A DNA stretch of 64,000 nucleotides from an uncultured Bacilli bacterium (lineage in GTDB: Bacteria; Bacillota_I; Bacilli_A; RFN20; CAG-288). Each line of letters opens with the position of its first letter. Position 1 is the first letter of the stretch. The stretch lies in NCBI GenBank assembly GCA_963544395.1, contig CAUUFA010000005.1, forward strand, positions 7,499 to 71,498, given 5' to 3'. The notes under the pieces were generated by a model. That model had not been told where the DNA came from and searched no databases. It saw nothing but the letters and a program-made list of their open reading frames with translations. A program made the position numbers and the translations under genes. Of this stretch, positions 19,424-29,658 are shown one piece after another.

Positions 19424-20593
19424 ATGACGATTGAACAGCTGAAGGACGGATTTGAAAGGAAATTCGGAAAAGGCGGAGACATCCGCGGCTACTTTGCTCC
19501 GGGCAGAGTCAACCTGATCGGTGAGCACATCGATTATAACGGCGGTCACGTCTTTCCTTGTGCTTTGACGGTCGGCAACTACTGCATCGCCCGGAAGAGA
19601 AAAGATCGGAAGATCCGTTTCTACTCCTGGAACTTCCGGCGGGGCGGAATCATCGAGTCGACCCTCGATGACCTCGTTTATCATAAGGAGTCGTTCTGGA
19701 CCAATTACCCCAAAGGCGTAATGTGGGCTTTTACTAATCGAGGGATGAATCTTCCCTGCGGCTTGGATCTCTACATCTACGGCAACATCCCGGGCTCTGG
19801 ACTCTCCTCTTCGGCGGCGATGGAAGTTGTCATCGGGGTTATGCTGAAAGATATGTTCGGCTTTTCTGTTACTTCTCAGGATATTGCATTGATCGGTCAA
19901 TATTCGGAAAACAACTTCAACGGAATGAATTGTGGCATTATGGATCAGTTCGCTTCTGCGATGGGCAAGAAGGATAACGCCATCTTTCTGGATTGCGACA
20001 CCTTGTCCTTCGAATACGTCCCTCTCGTCCTCAAGGGATGCAAGATCATGGTCACCAACTCCAACAAGCCGCACTCTCTGACACAGTCTCATTACAACGA
20101 GCGGAGAGCGAGCTGTGAGTTGGCTGTCAGCGAGCTTAAGGGTTACCGCCCGGAGCTGAAATATCTCTGTGAATTGACGCCGGAAGAATTCGAAGCGAAC
20201 AAGGCTCTTATCAAAGATGAGCTTCGGCAGAAAAATGCCAAGCATGCCGTCTATGAGGAGAAGAGAACAAAAGATGCCGTCGTTGCTCTCAAAGCGAACG
20301 ATCTTGTCAACTTCGGAAGGCTTTTGAATGAATCCGGTGATTCTCTGCGGTATGACTATGATGCCACCTGTCCGGAGATCGATGTGCTCGTCGATGAATC
20401 TAGAAAGCAGAAAGGCGTCTACGGCTCGAGAGAGACCGGCGGAGGTTGGGGCGGAAACACCGTCTCCATCGTCAGAGATGAGGATGTGAAAGCCTTCCAG
20501 GAGAATGTCGGAAGAGCTTATCAGGCAAAGACCGGACTCAAGGCGGATTTCTACGCTTTGGAAGTCGGCGAAGGTGGGAGGCGCCTCTTCTGA
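19424..20593 (+). CDS. galK: Galactokinase
   Basis: 389 aa. GHMP kinase motifs GRVNLIGEHIDYNGG and PGSGLSSSAA. Upstream -10 TATAAT at 19386-19391. Confidence 0.9.
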   Translation: MTIEQLKDGFERKFGKGGDIRGYFAPGRVNLIGEHIDYNGGHVFPCALTVGNYCIARKRKDRKIRFYSWNFRRGGIIESTLDDLVYHKESFWTNYPKGVMWAFTNRGMNLPCGLDLYIYGNIPGSGLSSSAAMEVVIGVMLKDMFGFSVTSQDIALIGQYSENNFNGMNCGIMDQFASAMGKKDNAIFLDCDTLSFEYVPLVLKGCKIMVTNSNKPHSLTQSHYNERRASCELAVSELKGYRPELKYLCELTPEEFEANKALIKDELRQKNAKHAVYEEKRTKDAVVALKANDLVNFGRLLNESGDSLRYDYDATCPEIDVLVDESRKQKGVYGSRETGGGWGGNTVSIVRDEDVKAFQENVGRAYQAKTGLKADFYALEVGEGGRRLF

Positions 20594-22101
20594 TGGAAGA
20601 CATCAGTGTAAGCATCAAAAAGCTCGCCTGTTACGCCAGGGAGAAAGGTCTGATCAGCCAAGAAGAGGTCTCTTATTCGATCAACCTGCTTTTGGATGTC
20701 CTCGATCTGGACGGATACGAGGAACCGAAAGAGGAGTTCCACGATGTCGATCTCGAATCGACGCTGAAAGAACTTCTGGATTTTGCTGCTGAAAAAAGGT
20801 TACTTAAGGAGAATTCTGTCGTTTACCGCGACCTCTTCGATACGAAGATCATGAACTGCTTCTTACCTCGTCCTGACAGCGTGAACGCTGAGTTTGCTGC
20901 CCGCTTGAAAAAATCTCCGAAAGAGGCGACCGACTGGTTTTATCAGTTCAGTAAGGATTCCGATTATATCCGCGATTACCGGGTCAAGAAGGATCTGCGC
21001 TGGCAAGTGACGACCGTCTATGGTGACCTTGATATCACCATCAACCTCTCCAAGCCGGAAAAAGATCCTAAGGCGATCGCTGCGGCGAAGCTGCTGAAGC
21101 AGTCGAGTTATCCTCTCTGCCAGCTCTGCAAGGAGAACATGGGTTATCGGGGAAGAGTCAACCATCCGGCGAGAGAGACGATCCGGATCATTCCGCTTCA
21201 GCTCAACGGAGATAATTTCTATCTCCAGTATTCACCCTATTCCTACTACAACGAGCATTGCATCGTCTTCAACAGCGAGCATGTTCCAATGGTGATCGAT
21301 GAGAAGGCTCTGCGCCATCTCATCGCTTTTGTTGATCAGTTTCCACATTATCTTTTGGGTTCTAACGCCGATCTTCCGATTGTCGGAGGAAGCATCCTCA
21401 CGCACGACCATTATCAGGGTGGAAACTACATCTTTCCGATGTTCCGGGCAGAGATTGTCAAAGAGCTCTCTTTCGCGGGTTTCCCGGATGTGAAAGCTTA
21501 TTATCTCAAGTGGCCTCTCAGCGTGATCCGTTTGGCCTCAAAACAGCAGGAGAGCCTGATTGAGCTTGCGGTGAAAATTTTGAAGTGCTGGCGGTCTTAT
21601 TCTGATCCAAATGCATTTATTTATGCAGAAACAGATGGCGTTCCTCATAATACAATCTCTCCCATCTGTCATAAAGTCGGTGATGACTTCGTCATGGAAC
21701 TCGCCCTCCGCAACAACATCACGACGGAAGCGTATCCCTTAGGCGTTTATCATCCTCATCAAGAGTACTGGAACATCAAGAAGGAGAACATCGGTCTCAT
21801 CGAAGTGATGGGGTTAGCGATCTTGCCTTCCCGGCTGAAGAAAGAGCTCGGTGCTCTTTCCGAACACTTCCTGCATCAGGAAGATCCGCTTGCTGATCCG
21901 CTGACGGAAAAGCACGCTGCCTGGTTTGCTGACGTCCAGCGGAAACACCCTGAGATGAACGGAGATAATATCTCCGAAATTCTGCGCCAGGAAGTCGGTC
22001 TGACGTTCATGGGCGTATTGGAATGTGCAGGAGTTTATAAGCAGAACGAGGAGGGCTTAAGAGGCCTTCTTCGCTTCGTGGAAGCGGTCAATCGTCTTTG
22101 A
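20593..22101 (+). CDS. galT: UDP-glucose--hexose-1-phosphate uridylyltransferase (type 2, Gram-positive GalT)
   Basis: 502 aa ORF immediately after galK (start overlaps the galK stop). Typical size of the Firmicutes type-2 GalT. Confidence 0.8.
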   Translation: MEDISVSIKKLACYAREKGLISQEEVSYSINLLLDVLDLDGYEEPKEEFHDVDLESTLKELLDFAAEKRLLKENSVVYRDLFDTKIMNCFLPRPDSVNAEFAARLKKSPKEATDWFYQFSKDSDYIRDYRVKKDLRWQVTTVYGDLDITINLSKPEKDPKAIAAAKLLKQSSYPLCQLCKENMGYRGRVNHPARETIRIIPLQLNGDNFYLQYSPYSYYNEHCIVFNSEHVPMVIDEKALRHLIAFVDQFPHYLLGSNADLPIVGGSILTHDHYQGGNYIFPMFRAEIVKELSFAGFPDVKAYYLKWPLSVIRLASKQQESLIELAVKILKCWRSYSDPNAFIYAETDGVPHNTISPICHKVGDDFVMELALRNNITTEAYPLGVYHPHQEYWNIKKENIGLIEVMGLAILPSRLKKELGALSEHFLHQEDPLADPLTEKHAAWFADVQRKHPEMNGDNISEILRQEVGLTFMGVLECAGVYKQNEEGLRGLLRFVEAVNRL

Positions 22102-22155
22102 CTCAAAAGGAGGCGCCAGAAGCTCCTCTTTTCCTAGAAGGAAAAGCCAGTTTTG

Positions 22156-22166
22156 TGTGGTATAAT
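22156..22166 (+). promoter_or_regulatory. Extended -10 promoter (TGgTATAAT) for ftsK
   Basis: tgtggtataat at 22156-22166, about 20 nt upstream of the ftsK ATG at 22187. Confidence 0.4.
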
Positions 22167-22186
22167 TCTCAACGGAGCTTCTTCAC

Positions 22187-25141
22187 ATGGCAAATAACGA
22201 AAACAAGAAAAAGGTCACCTTGAAAGAGTGGCTCACCATCTGCACCGGTCTGACGCTTGTAGGCCTCTGCATCATCGGAGCGACGGACGAGACCTTTATC
22301 GGACGGTTTCTGACGTATTCGTCGGCGTATGTCTTCGGTCTGTTCTATCCCGTATTCCTCATCGCAGTGGCCTGTTTTGCCGTACGTCTGATCTACAGCC
22401 GGAAAGGCTTTCCTATCCGACCTTATCTGATGATCTGGATCGGCATTCTTTTCTTCTCGCTCTCTCTGCTTGCTTTCGCTTCCTTCGGTCCGTATCGGGA
22501 AGATAAGATGACGCTTTCTTCCCTCATCAGCGATTATGGCAACCGCATGAAAGGGTTCGCCTCCGTTCCTTTTGTCGTCAACAACTTCGGAACACTGGCT
22601 CACTTGGGCGGAGGCTACATCGGCTTCTTCCTGCTCAGCCTCTTTGGTACGCTTTGGGGATATATCGGCAATGCGATTTTCTTCTCTCTCCTTCTGTTCT
22701 TCTCCCTGTTCTTAATCTGTTTCCGACCAATCGCCGATCAGGTCAACCGCGTCAAGAAGATGAACGCCGACAAGGTCAAATATGTCTCGCCTTATCAGGG
22801 CAAGGAATCTCAGCATCTCACCCGCGGCTTAGCGGAGGAGACACCAAGTCAGACAGCTCCTTTGGATCCGAAGCTTTCCGCGCCTTTGGAAAACGATTGG
22901 AAGAACGCTCCACAGGGCGGATTCACGCAGACACATCTCAGGCTCAGCAAAGAGGACGTGAAACCTCTTGAACCGGTCCATCCTGCTCTTTCTGAAAAGG
23001 GGGAAGAGATTCCGGAACTCCCTGAAGAAAGAAAACAGATTCCTCCTCAGGCTTCTTCTAGCAGCGCCTTCTCTCCGGTCAGCACCTCCTCTGAAGCGCC
23101 GGTTACCTCTGCTCCGAGCGAAAAGCCGATCGTTGCTGAACAGCCTTCTCGTCCTGCTACAACCCCGTTCTCTTCGTCTTATCAGCCTTCTCCTGCACCA
23201 CTTCCGGAAGAGAAAAAGACATTCTCATCCTTTTCTTCTGCTCCGACACCGACAAATACCGCTTCTTTGGAAGCTAGGCGGTTTTCAGAACAGGCGCTCT
23301 CCCCGGAGTCGACAACGTTTGATTTACCTGAACCTGAGCCGGCTCCATCCCGTCCTCAGCCGGCTTCGGACATGGCCTTCAATCCTTTGGAAGAGCAGGC
23401 GGCGAAGAGCGAAGCTTCTTCTCAGGCTTCGCCTTTCCGTGGCCCCTCTGAATTCACCTTCGTTGCACCGGCTCCTGCAACAGAGACAGCGGAGGAGCCT
23501 TCTTCCGATGTCGGTAAGACGATGGCGATGCCTGAACCTCTGAAGGAAGAGGAGACATCCGAAGCTACCGAGATCAGCGATGAGGACCGGGAAGAGATGA
23601 TCGCCGCCCGGTATTTCCAGGAAAGGCGGGATCGGGAAGCGAAAGCCATCCAGAACAAGCGAGCAGAGAAAGAGGCCAAGCGCCGGGAGCTTTACCGTTT
23701 TGTTTCCCCGACGCCGGTGGTCTATCGTTATCCGCTTCCGACCGATGTCATGTTAGAGGACAGAGATGACACTGAGAAGATGTCCGCCAACGTGGAAGCC
23801 GCCAAACAGAAAGGCACGATTCTCAATCAGGTGTTCAACGATTACGGCATCCGTGCCAGAGTCATCTCCTACACGATCGGCGCTTCGGTCACCCGCTTCA
23901 ATGTCGAGACCGAACCCGGAGAGAAATCCGACAAGCTCAATTCCATCGTCGCCGAGCTTCAGAAGGCGCTCAACGGCGATAAATCCGTCCGTGTCGAGAC
24001 CGTCGTCGAAGGAAAATCTACCTCCGGCATCGAAGTCAGGAACGCCGAGAGCATGGCTGTCTCCTTCAAGTCGACCTTCAAGACGATCGAAGCCGACACA
24101 AAAGAAAATCTTTTGCTTCCGATCGGCCAGGATATCTCCGGTCAGAACATCAATTTCCCGTTGAACAAGATGCCGCATATGCTTGTGGCAGGAACGACAG
24201 GATCCGGGAAATCGGTTCTGATCCATGCGATGATCATGACGATGATCATGCGGAATTACCCCAGCCAGCTCAAGCTGATGCTGATCGATCCGAAACAGGT
24301 CGAGTTTGTCCGTTATCAGGGAGAACCTCACCTCTTCTGTCCGGTCATCTCTAAGCCGACTGCAGCCGTCAAAGCGTTAGGAAAGCTCTGCACCGAGATG
24401 GATCGCCGCTTCAGCATTCTCTCTGAGTATCGCTGCTCCAACTACGAGGAATACTCCGATAAGCGGATCGGCAACGAGAACATCATGGAGGAGCTTCCGA
24501 TCGTCGTCTGCATCATCGATGAGTTCGCCGATCTGATGCAGACCGCAAGCCAAGCGGCTTCCTATGTCGCCCGCTTAGCCCAGAAGGCTCGCGCTTCCGG
24601 CATCTATCTGATCGTCGCCACCCAACGTCCTTCCAAAGACAATGTCCCGATGATCATCAAGGCCAACATCCCCTGCCGCATCGGTTTAAGCGTCTCCTCT
24701 CAGGTGGATAGCCGTGTCATCCTCGATGAGAACGGTGCCGAGACACTGTTAGGCAAAGGTGACCTTCTCTTCAAATGCCCAGGCCGAAAGTCCATGATCC
24801 GCTGTCAGTCTCCGTTTGTCTCTAACCGCGATATTGAGTCGGTCCTCGCTTACGACCGAGAGAAGGCCGGAACACCGAATTACAACCCGAACTTCCTGGA
24901 GTTAGACGATGAGGAAGAAGTCGAGGAAGAGGCGAAGGTAGGAAGCGGAGATGAAGTCTACGATATGATCAAGGACTTCGTGGTCCACACGGGACTCACC
25001 TCCAAGACTTCGCTCATGCACAACTTCAATGTCACCTCTGTGAAGGCGGATCAGTACCTTGCCAAATTAGTCAGTGAAAATGTCATCGAACCGAGCATCG
25101 GTGGGAAGTATGTGCTCTCTCCCCATGTCTCTATGATGTAG
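22187..25141 (+). CDS. ftsK: DNA translocase FtsK/SpoIIIE
   Basis: 984 aa. N-terminal TM helices, Pro/Ser-rich linker, Walker A GTTGSGKS, Walker B VVCIIDEFADL, C-terminal gamma winged-helix domain. Confidence 0.9.
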   Translation: MANNENKKKVTLKEWLTICTGLTLVGLCIIGATDETFIGRFLTYSSAYVFGLFYPVFLIAVACFAVRLIYSRKGFPIRPYLMIWIGILFFSLSLLAFASFGPYREDKMTLSSLISDYGNRMKGFASVPFVVNNFGTLAHLGGGYIGFFLLSLFGTLWGYIGNAIFFSLLLFFSLFLICFRPIADQVNRVKKMNADKVKYVSPYQGKESQHLTRGLAEETPSQTAPLDPKLSAPLENDWKNAPQGGFTQTHLRLSKEDVKPLEPVHPALSEKGEEIPELPEERKQIPPQASSSSAFSPVSTSSEAPVTSAPSEKPIVAEQPSRPATTPFSSSYQPSPAPLPEEKKTFSSFSSAPTPTNTASLEARRFSEQALSPESTTFDLPEPEPAPSRPQPASDMAFNPLEEQAAKSEASSQASPFRGPSEFTFVAPAPATETAEEPSSDVGKTMAMPEPLKEEETSEATEISDEDREEMIAARYFQERRDREAKAIQNKRAEKEAKRRELYRFVSPTPVVYRYPLPTDVMLEDRDDTEKMSANVEAAKQKGTILNQVFNDYGIRARVISYTIGASVTRFNVETEPGEKSDKLNSIVAELQKALNGDKSVRVETVVEGKSTSGIEVRNAESMAVSFKSTFKTIEADTKENLLLPIGQDISGQNINFPLNKMPHMLVAGTTGSGKSVLIHAMIMTMIMRNYPSQLKLMLIDPKQVEFVRYQGEPHLFCPVISKPTAAVKALGKLCTEMDRRFSILSEYRCSNYEEYSDKRIGNENIMEELPIVVCIIDEFADLMQTASQAASYVARLAQKARASGIYLIVATQRPSKDNVPMIIKANIPCRIGLSVSSQVDSRVILDENGAETLLGKGDLLFKCPGRKSMIRCQSPFVSNRDIESVLAYDREKAGTPNYNPNFLELDDEEEVEEEAKVGSGDEVYDMIKDFVVHTGLTSKTSLMHNFNVTSVKADQYLAKLVSENVIEPSIGGKYVLSPHVSMM

Positions 25142-25155
25142 AAAAGGAATACAGC

Positions 25156-26232
25156 ATGCAAAAGAACTTTATTCTCCCTAGCGACGATTATGGTCAGAGG
25201 ATCCTGATCAGAAGGACCTTCCTCGGAAAGGAGGCTTCTCCAGAAGCTTTGATGCTCCTTTCTGAGATGCTCTCAATCGCTCCCGCACAGAAGAGAAGGG
25301 AGCACATCTCCTCTCTGGCTGCCGGGGAAGTCACTTTCCGGGTAGAAAACCATGGGGAAGGCTATCTCTTTGTCGGAACGCTCTCTCAGGCTTCTAGCCG
25401 GAAGCTCCACTTCTTGTTCTCTGATCCCTACAAAGCTGGACGGAGATGGTTTGAAAACCTCTATCTTCAGGGTTTCTTGGAGAGTGAAGAACTGTTAAGT
25501 CAAGCAAAGGACCACCTTCTTTCTCATCGGATTTCTTTGGCTTCTCATAATGGCTTCACGTTTGAGGCTCCCGAGTTTGATGCCAGAAAGATTCCTTCTC
25601 TGACGATGGACATGCTTCATGATACACTGAGTGCTGTCCTTGCCTCTCAGGAAGGAAGCCTGATCTATTTCGGACCGAAGAGCAAAGACGATCCCTTCCT
25701 CGATCTGAAGACTTTTGACAAGCCGCTTCCTTTTTTGGAGAGAGGTTACAAGAGATTGGAAACTCTCGATCATCTTCTCATCGCATTCGAAGGAAAGAAG
25801 CTGAGCAATCGAAAAGAGCTGGTCTGCCGGAGCACTGCGCTGAAGACGATCGCTCTGGCCTTAGAAGCTTATTATCAGAAAAACTTTGCACCGGATCTCA
25901 GAGCCTCTCTCTACCTGGTTGATCCGAGGCATTCTATCCTCTCGTTTGATGTTATCCGCGGAGATAGCTGTTTTCTTCAGGATAAGCTACCGACCATCAG
26001 CTCGCTCTCTCTGAATCCCTTCCTTGAAGAAGCGCTTTTAGATACATCTCTTGATGCGGTCAGGAAAGCAAGTTCTGCCGAGGTGATGCTTTCTGAGGTG
26101 GAGATGCTGCTTGATTTTGACATCATGGATCCTCAGGAAAATCTCTTCTTCGTTCCTGTTCTTTCCGCAGAAGAGGTGAAGCAGGAAATCCGCTCGCTGA
26201 AGGTGGTGGACAAGGAGGTCAGCCATGATTAA
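25156..26232 (+). CDS. M16-peptidase-like protein lacking the HxxEH zinc motif (probable non-catalytic homolog)
   Basis: 358 aa. Sits in the conserved post-ftsK position of ymfF/ymfH-like M16 pairs. No HxxEH present. Confidence 0.4.
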   Translation: MQKNFILPSDDYGQRILIRRTFLGKEASPEALMLLSEMLSIAPAQKRREHISSLAAGEVTFRVENHGEGYLFVGTLSQASSRKLHFLFSDPYKAGRRWFENLYLQGFLESEELLSQAKDHLLSHRISLASHNGFTFEAPEFDARKIPSLTMDMLHDTLSAVLASQEGSLIYFGPKSKDDPFLDLKTFDKPLPFLERGYKRLETLDHLLIAFEGKKLSNRKELVCRSTALKTIALALEAYYQKNFAPDLRASLYLVDPRHSILSFDVIRGDSCFLQDKLPTISSLSLNPFLEEALLDTSLDAVRKASSAEVMLSEVEMLLDFDIMDPQENLFFVPVLSAEEVKQEIRSLKVVDKEVSHD

Positions 26233-27472
26233 GAAAGATCTGGGCGGATTAGGTTATCCGTTCTTTGAACAGAAGCTGGAGAACGGATTGATGCTGATTT
26301 TCTTACCGAGGAAGTCCCGCCTGAAATCGGCTCTTGTCTATGTTGGATACGGGGGATATTACCGCAACGAAGAAGTCGATGGCATCAAAACACCCTTTGG
26401 TACGGCCTATTATGCAGAGCATATGCTCATGAATGAACCGTTTAAGAAGGTCTTGGCTTCCCAAGGGATTTTAGGTTCCTCTCATACAGATTTCTCCTAT
26501 TCCTACTTCACGCTGGATACGCTCGGAGATCTCTACAAGGGTCTTGCTTCACTGATGGAGAGGATCTCTTTCCGGAACATTCAGGAAGAAGAGGCTGAAG
26601 CCTTCCGGAAGAGCGATGCTATCGCTAGCCGTAAGAGAGATCAGGATCCGGGAAATCAGGTGGAAGCCAAAGCCCTAGACAACCTTTATTACGCCTCTCC
26701 GATCCGCTTGGGTGTCACTCCTTCCTCCGCTCAGGCGATGATGATCCACGCCTCCGGTCTGAGGAAGTTCTTAGAGGCTTATTACAACCCCGAGAGGATC
26801 ACCGTCATGGTTTCGATGGATGATACCCCAGCTCATTTTCTAGAGGAGATGACAAAGCTCCGTCTGCCTGTCTCTCATCCGGTGAAAGAAAAGCCGATTG
26901 CCTTTACGGAGATCTACGATAAAGTCAATCGGGAATACACCAAGTTCAGCTTTGAATCGCACGCTTCCTATCTTTCCTATGCTGTGAAGATGCCGCCGAG
27001 AAAAGATCTCTATGCCAACTATGGTCAGATGCTCTTCTCCCTTTACGAAGTTTTGGAGAAGGCGCTTTTCACCATGAATTCCTCGTTCCAAAACGGATTG
27101 AATCAGATTCACGCCGAACTTCTTGACACCAAGCTCGAACAGGGATTTGAGGACGCTTATCTGCTCTTGAACGTCAAGACGGATGCGCCTCAGGAAGCGT
27201 TGGGCTTCATCACGTCCTACCTGAGCAATGCGGCGAAGCACGTCGATCATGCTTTGCTGAAAAAAGTTCAGAACCAGTATTTTGCGAATCGCCTCTCTTC
27301 TCTCTCGGTTCCGTCCCAGGCGCTACGCGGCTTTGCCTTAGCGCATGCCAACAACATGCCTTATACCGGTTTGATCAGTCAGACGATGAAGATGAGCTTT
27401 GCCTATTTTAAAAACTACCTGTCTGATTTCCAGACGTTCCGTCGGGCAGCAGCGTATCTGCAGAAGGCGTAA
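26225..27472 (+). CDS. M16 (insulinase/pitrilysin) family homolog with a degenerate YxxEH motif, probably non-catalytic
   Basis: 415 aa. YYAEHMLMNEP aligns to the M16 HxxEH motif with the first His replaced by Tyr. Overlaps the upstream gene by 8 nt. Confidence 0.5.
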   Translation: MIKKDLGGLGYPFFEQKLENGLMLIFLPRKSRLKSALVYVGYGGYYRNEEVDGIKTPFGTAYYAEHMLMNEPFKKVLASQGILGSSHTDFSYSYFTLDTLGDLYKGLASLMERISFRNIQEEEAEAFRKSDAIASRKRDQDPGNQVEAKALDNLYYASPIRLGVTPSSAQAMMIHASGLRKFLEAYYNPERITVMVSMDDTPAHFLEEMTKLRLPVSHPVKEKPIAFTEIYDKVNREYTKFSFESHASYLSYAVKMPPRKDLYANYGQMLFSLYEVLEKALFTMNSSFQNGLNQIHAELLDTKLEQGFEDAYLLLNVKTDAPQEALGFITSYLSNAAKHVDHALLKKVQNQYFANRLSSLSVPSQALRGFALAHANNMPYTGLISQTMKMSFAYFKNYLSDFQTFRRAAAYLQKA

Positions 27473-27483
27473 AGGAGGAGAGT

Positions 27484-29658
27484 ATGGCAGTGCGCAACCA
27501 ACTGTCGGCTGTCGCAAAAAGCGACAATGTCGTCGAAGTCAGTGTCAGCAAAGAGTTCTCGACGAAGACGCTCAAGGTCTTCCGTCTCTATGAGGGTGAT
27601 AATTTCATCCGCAAGCTGAAGGCGGTCTCCCAATCGGAGTCCCATTCCTCCAACATCTACACCTTGATAATAGATGATTTCAACTTCGTTCCTGGTAAGG
27701 AATTCTTCATCGTCACCGAAGATAATTTCTACATTCCGATCGACATCTCCTATCTGGCGAAGACAGATGAATTCGAAAAGAAGTATCGCTTTGATGGGAA
27801 GCTTGGTGCTTCCTACACGAAAGAAGCGACGACGTTCCGCGTCTTCTCTCCCTTCGCTTCGGTCTGCGTCCTCCGCCTGAAGCGGAAAGGATCTTCGAAA
27901 ATCGAAGCTTTTGAGATGGAACAGGATTTGAATGACGGCATGTTCTCTCTGACAGTCGAAGGTGACCTCGATGAGGCTAAATATGTCTACGGTGTTCGTG
28001 TCTTCGGTGTCAGCTATGAGGTCGCCGACCCTTATTCCTATGGGTTAGACAGCAATTCCCGGCATAGCTTTGTCATCGATCCTAACCGGGTTTATTCGCT
28101 CTCTTTGAATGAGGAAAGCCTTCCTTTGTTCAACGATCGGACGAAGGCGATCATCTATGAGTGCCACGTCCGCGACATGACCTCCAAGACTTCTCTTCCG
28201 AACCGCGGAACTTATCAGGCTCTCTCTGAGCCGGGTCTCAAGACGAAGCAAGGCTTACCTTTAGGCCTAGATTATATCGCCTCTTTAGGGGTCACGCACG
28301 TGCAGCTTCTTCCGGTTCTGGATTTTCAGTCGATCAACGATGATGACCCCCGCTCGATGTACAACTGGGGATATGATCCTGAGTTCTACTTCGCTCCGGA
28401 AGGCTCCTATAGCTCTGCTCCCTCTGACCCTTACGCCAGAGTTCTGGAACTGAGGAAGCTCGTTTCCGAGTTCCATAAGCGCGGGTTGAGAGTGGTCTTC
28501 GATGTGGTCTACAACCACGTCTTCTCTCAGGACTACAACCCTCTCTCCATTCTGGTTCCGAACTATTACTTCCGTTTCAACGACAACGGAACGCTCAGCA
28601 ACGGAACAGGGTGCGGCAATGATTTCGAGTCCCGCAAATTCATGGCGAGGAAGCTGATCAAGGAGTCGATGCTGCATGCGATTGACTTCTATGGCGCCGA
28701 TGGCTTCCGCTTCGACCTGATGGGAATTTCAGACATTGAGACCATGAAGCAGGCGTATGAAGAAGCTTCGCAGAAGAAACCGGATCTGATGTTCTATGGG
28801 GAAGGCTGGGATCTGATGACCAATCTTCCTGCGGATCAGAAAGCCAGCTATTACAACTCTGCCAAGCTGCCTTTCGCTTCCTTTTTCAACGACCGCTTCC
28901 GCGACATCACCAAAGGAAAATCGAACGAATCCGAGCTGAGCGTCGCCGGATACCTCTTAGGCGACACCAATTACCGAGATGGGTTCAAGCACGTCTTATT
29001 GGGCTCTTCTGTTGCTCTGTCGTTCGCACCTCTCTTCTCCCAGGCAGGCCAGTCTGTCAACTATGTGGAATGCCATGATAACAACACCCTCTACGATAAA
29101 ATCAAGGCGGTTCGTCCGGAGGATACGCCAGACGAGATCAAAAAGCGCATCCGTCTCATGGATATCGCAGTTTTGATGGCCTCCGGAATCCCCTTCTTCC
29201 ACGCCGGCCAGGAGATCGGCATGAGCAAGGACGGCAAACCGAACACCTACAATGCCGGTGACCGTCTCAACGGGTTCGATTACTCCCTCCTTGAGGATAA
29301 TACGGAACTTTATGACTTCTTCCGAGAAGCCATCAAGATGAAGAAGCTCTTCATGGAGAAAGCCGGAAAAGAATATGATGAGCTCAATCATCATATGTCG
29401 TTTGAGAATTTAGAGCGCGGCGCCTTGAAGATCAACTACGACTTTGAACGCTTCTCCCTCTACATCATCTTCAATCCTTCCAAGGAGTCCTTCATGTATC
29501 CGTTTGACGACTATGTCAATCTCATCTTCAACGAGTCCGGAGGCATCGATGAATCCGGTTTCTTCATCAAGATGGCCATCATCAATGCGCTGTCGGTCAA
29601 CGTCTTCCTCGTCACCAAATTTGTTAAGAGCACGCCCACAATCGAGGTGAAAGCATGA
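27484..29658 (+). CDS. pulA: Type I pullulanase / GH13 debranching enzyme (no signal peptide, probably cytoplasmic)
   Basis: 724 aa. GH13 regions YNHV, GFRFDLMG, EGWD, ECHDN. N-terminal CBM48-like region. Confidence 0.82.
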   Translation: MAVRNQLSAVAKSDNVVEVSVSKEFSTKTLKVFRLYEGDNFIRKLKAVSQSESHSSNIYTLIIDDFNFVPGKEFFIVTEDNFYIPIDISYLAKTDEFEKKYRFDGKLGASYTKEATTFRVFSPFASVCVLRLKRKGSSKIEAFEMEQDLNDGMFSLTVEGDLDEAKYVYGVRVFGVSYEVADPYSYGLDSNSRHSFVIDPNRVYSLSLNEESLPLFNDRTKAIIYECHVRDMTSKTSLPNRGTYQALSEPGLKTKQGLPLGLDYIASLGVTHVQLLPVLDFQSINDDDPRSMYNWGYDPEFYFAPEGSYSSAPSDPYARVLELRKLVSEFHKRGLRVVFDVVYNHVFSQDYNPLSILVPNYYFRFNDNGTLSNGTGCGNDFESRKFMARKLIKESMLHAIDFYGADGFRFDLMGISDIETMKQAYEEASQKKPDLMFYGEGWDLMTNLPADQKASYYNSAKLPFASFFNDRFRDITKGKSNESELSVAGYLLGDTNYRDGFKHVLLGSSVALSFAPLFSQAGQSVNYVECHDNNTLYDKIKAVRPEDTPDEIKKRIRLMDIAVLMASGIPFFHAGQEIGMSKDGKPNTYNAGDRLNGFDYSLLEDNTELYDFFREAIKMKKLFMEKAGKEYDELNHHMSFENLERGALKINYDFERFSLYIIFNPSKESFMYPFDDYVNLIFNESGGIDESGFFIKMAIINALSVNVFLVTKFVKSTPTIEVKA

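Noticed and set aside
22228-23543. Plus-strand ORFs of 92, 105 and 191 aa overlapping the ftsK linker region in other frames.
   Set aside because: These are artefacts of the Pro/Ser/Ala-rich linker codons. ftsK is continuous and motif-supported.
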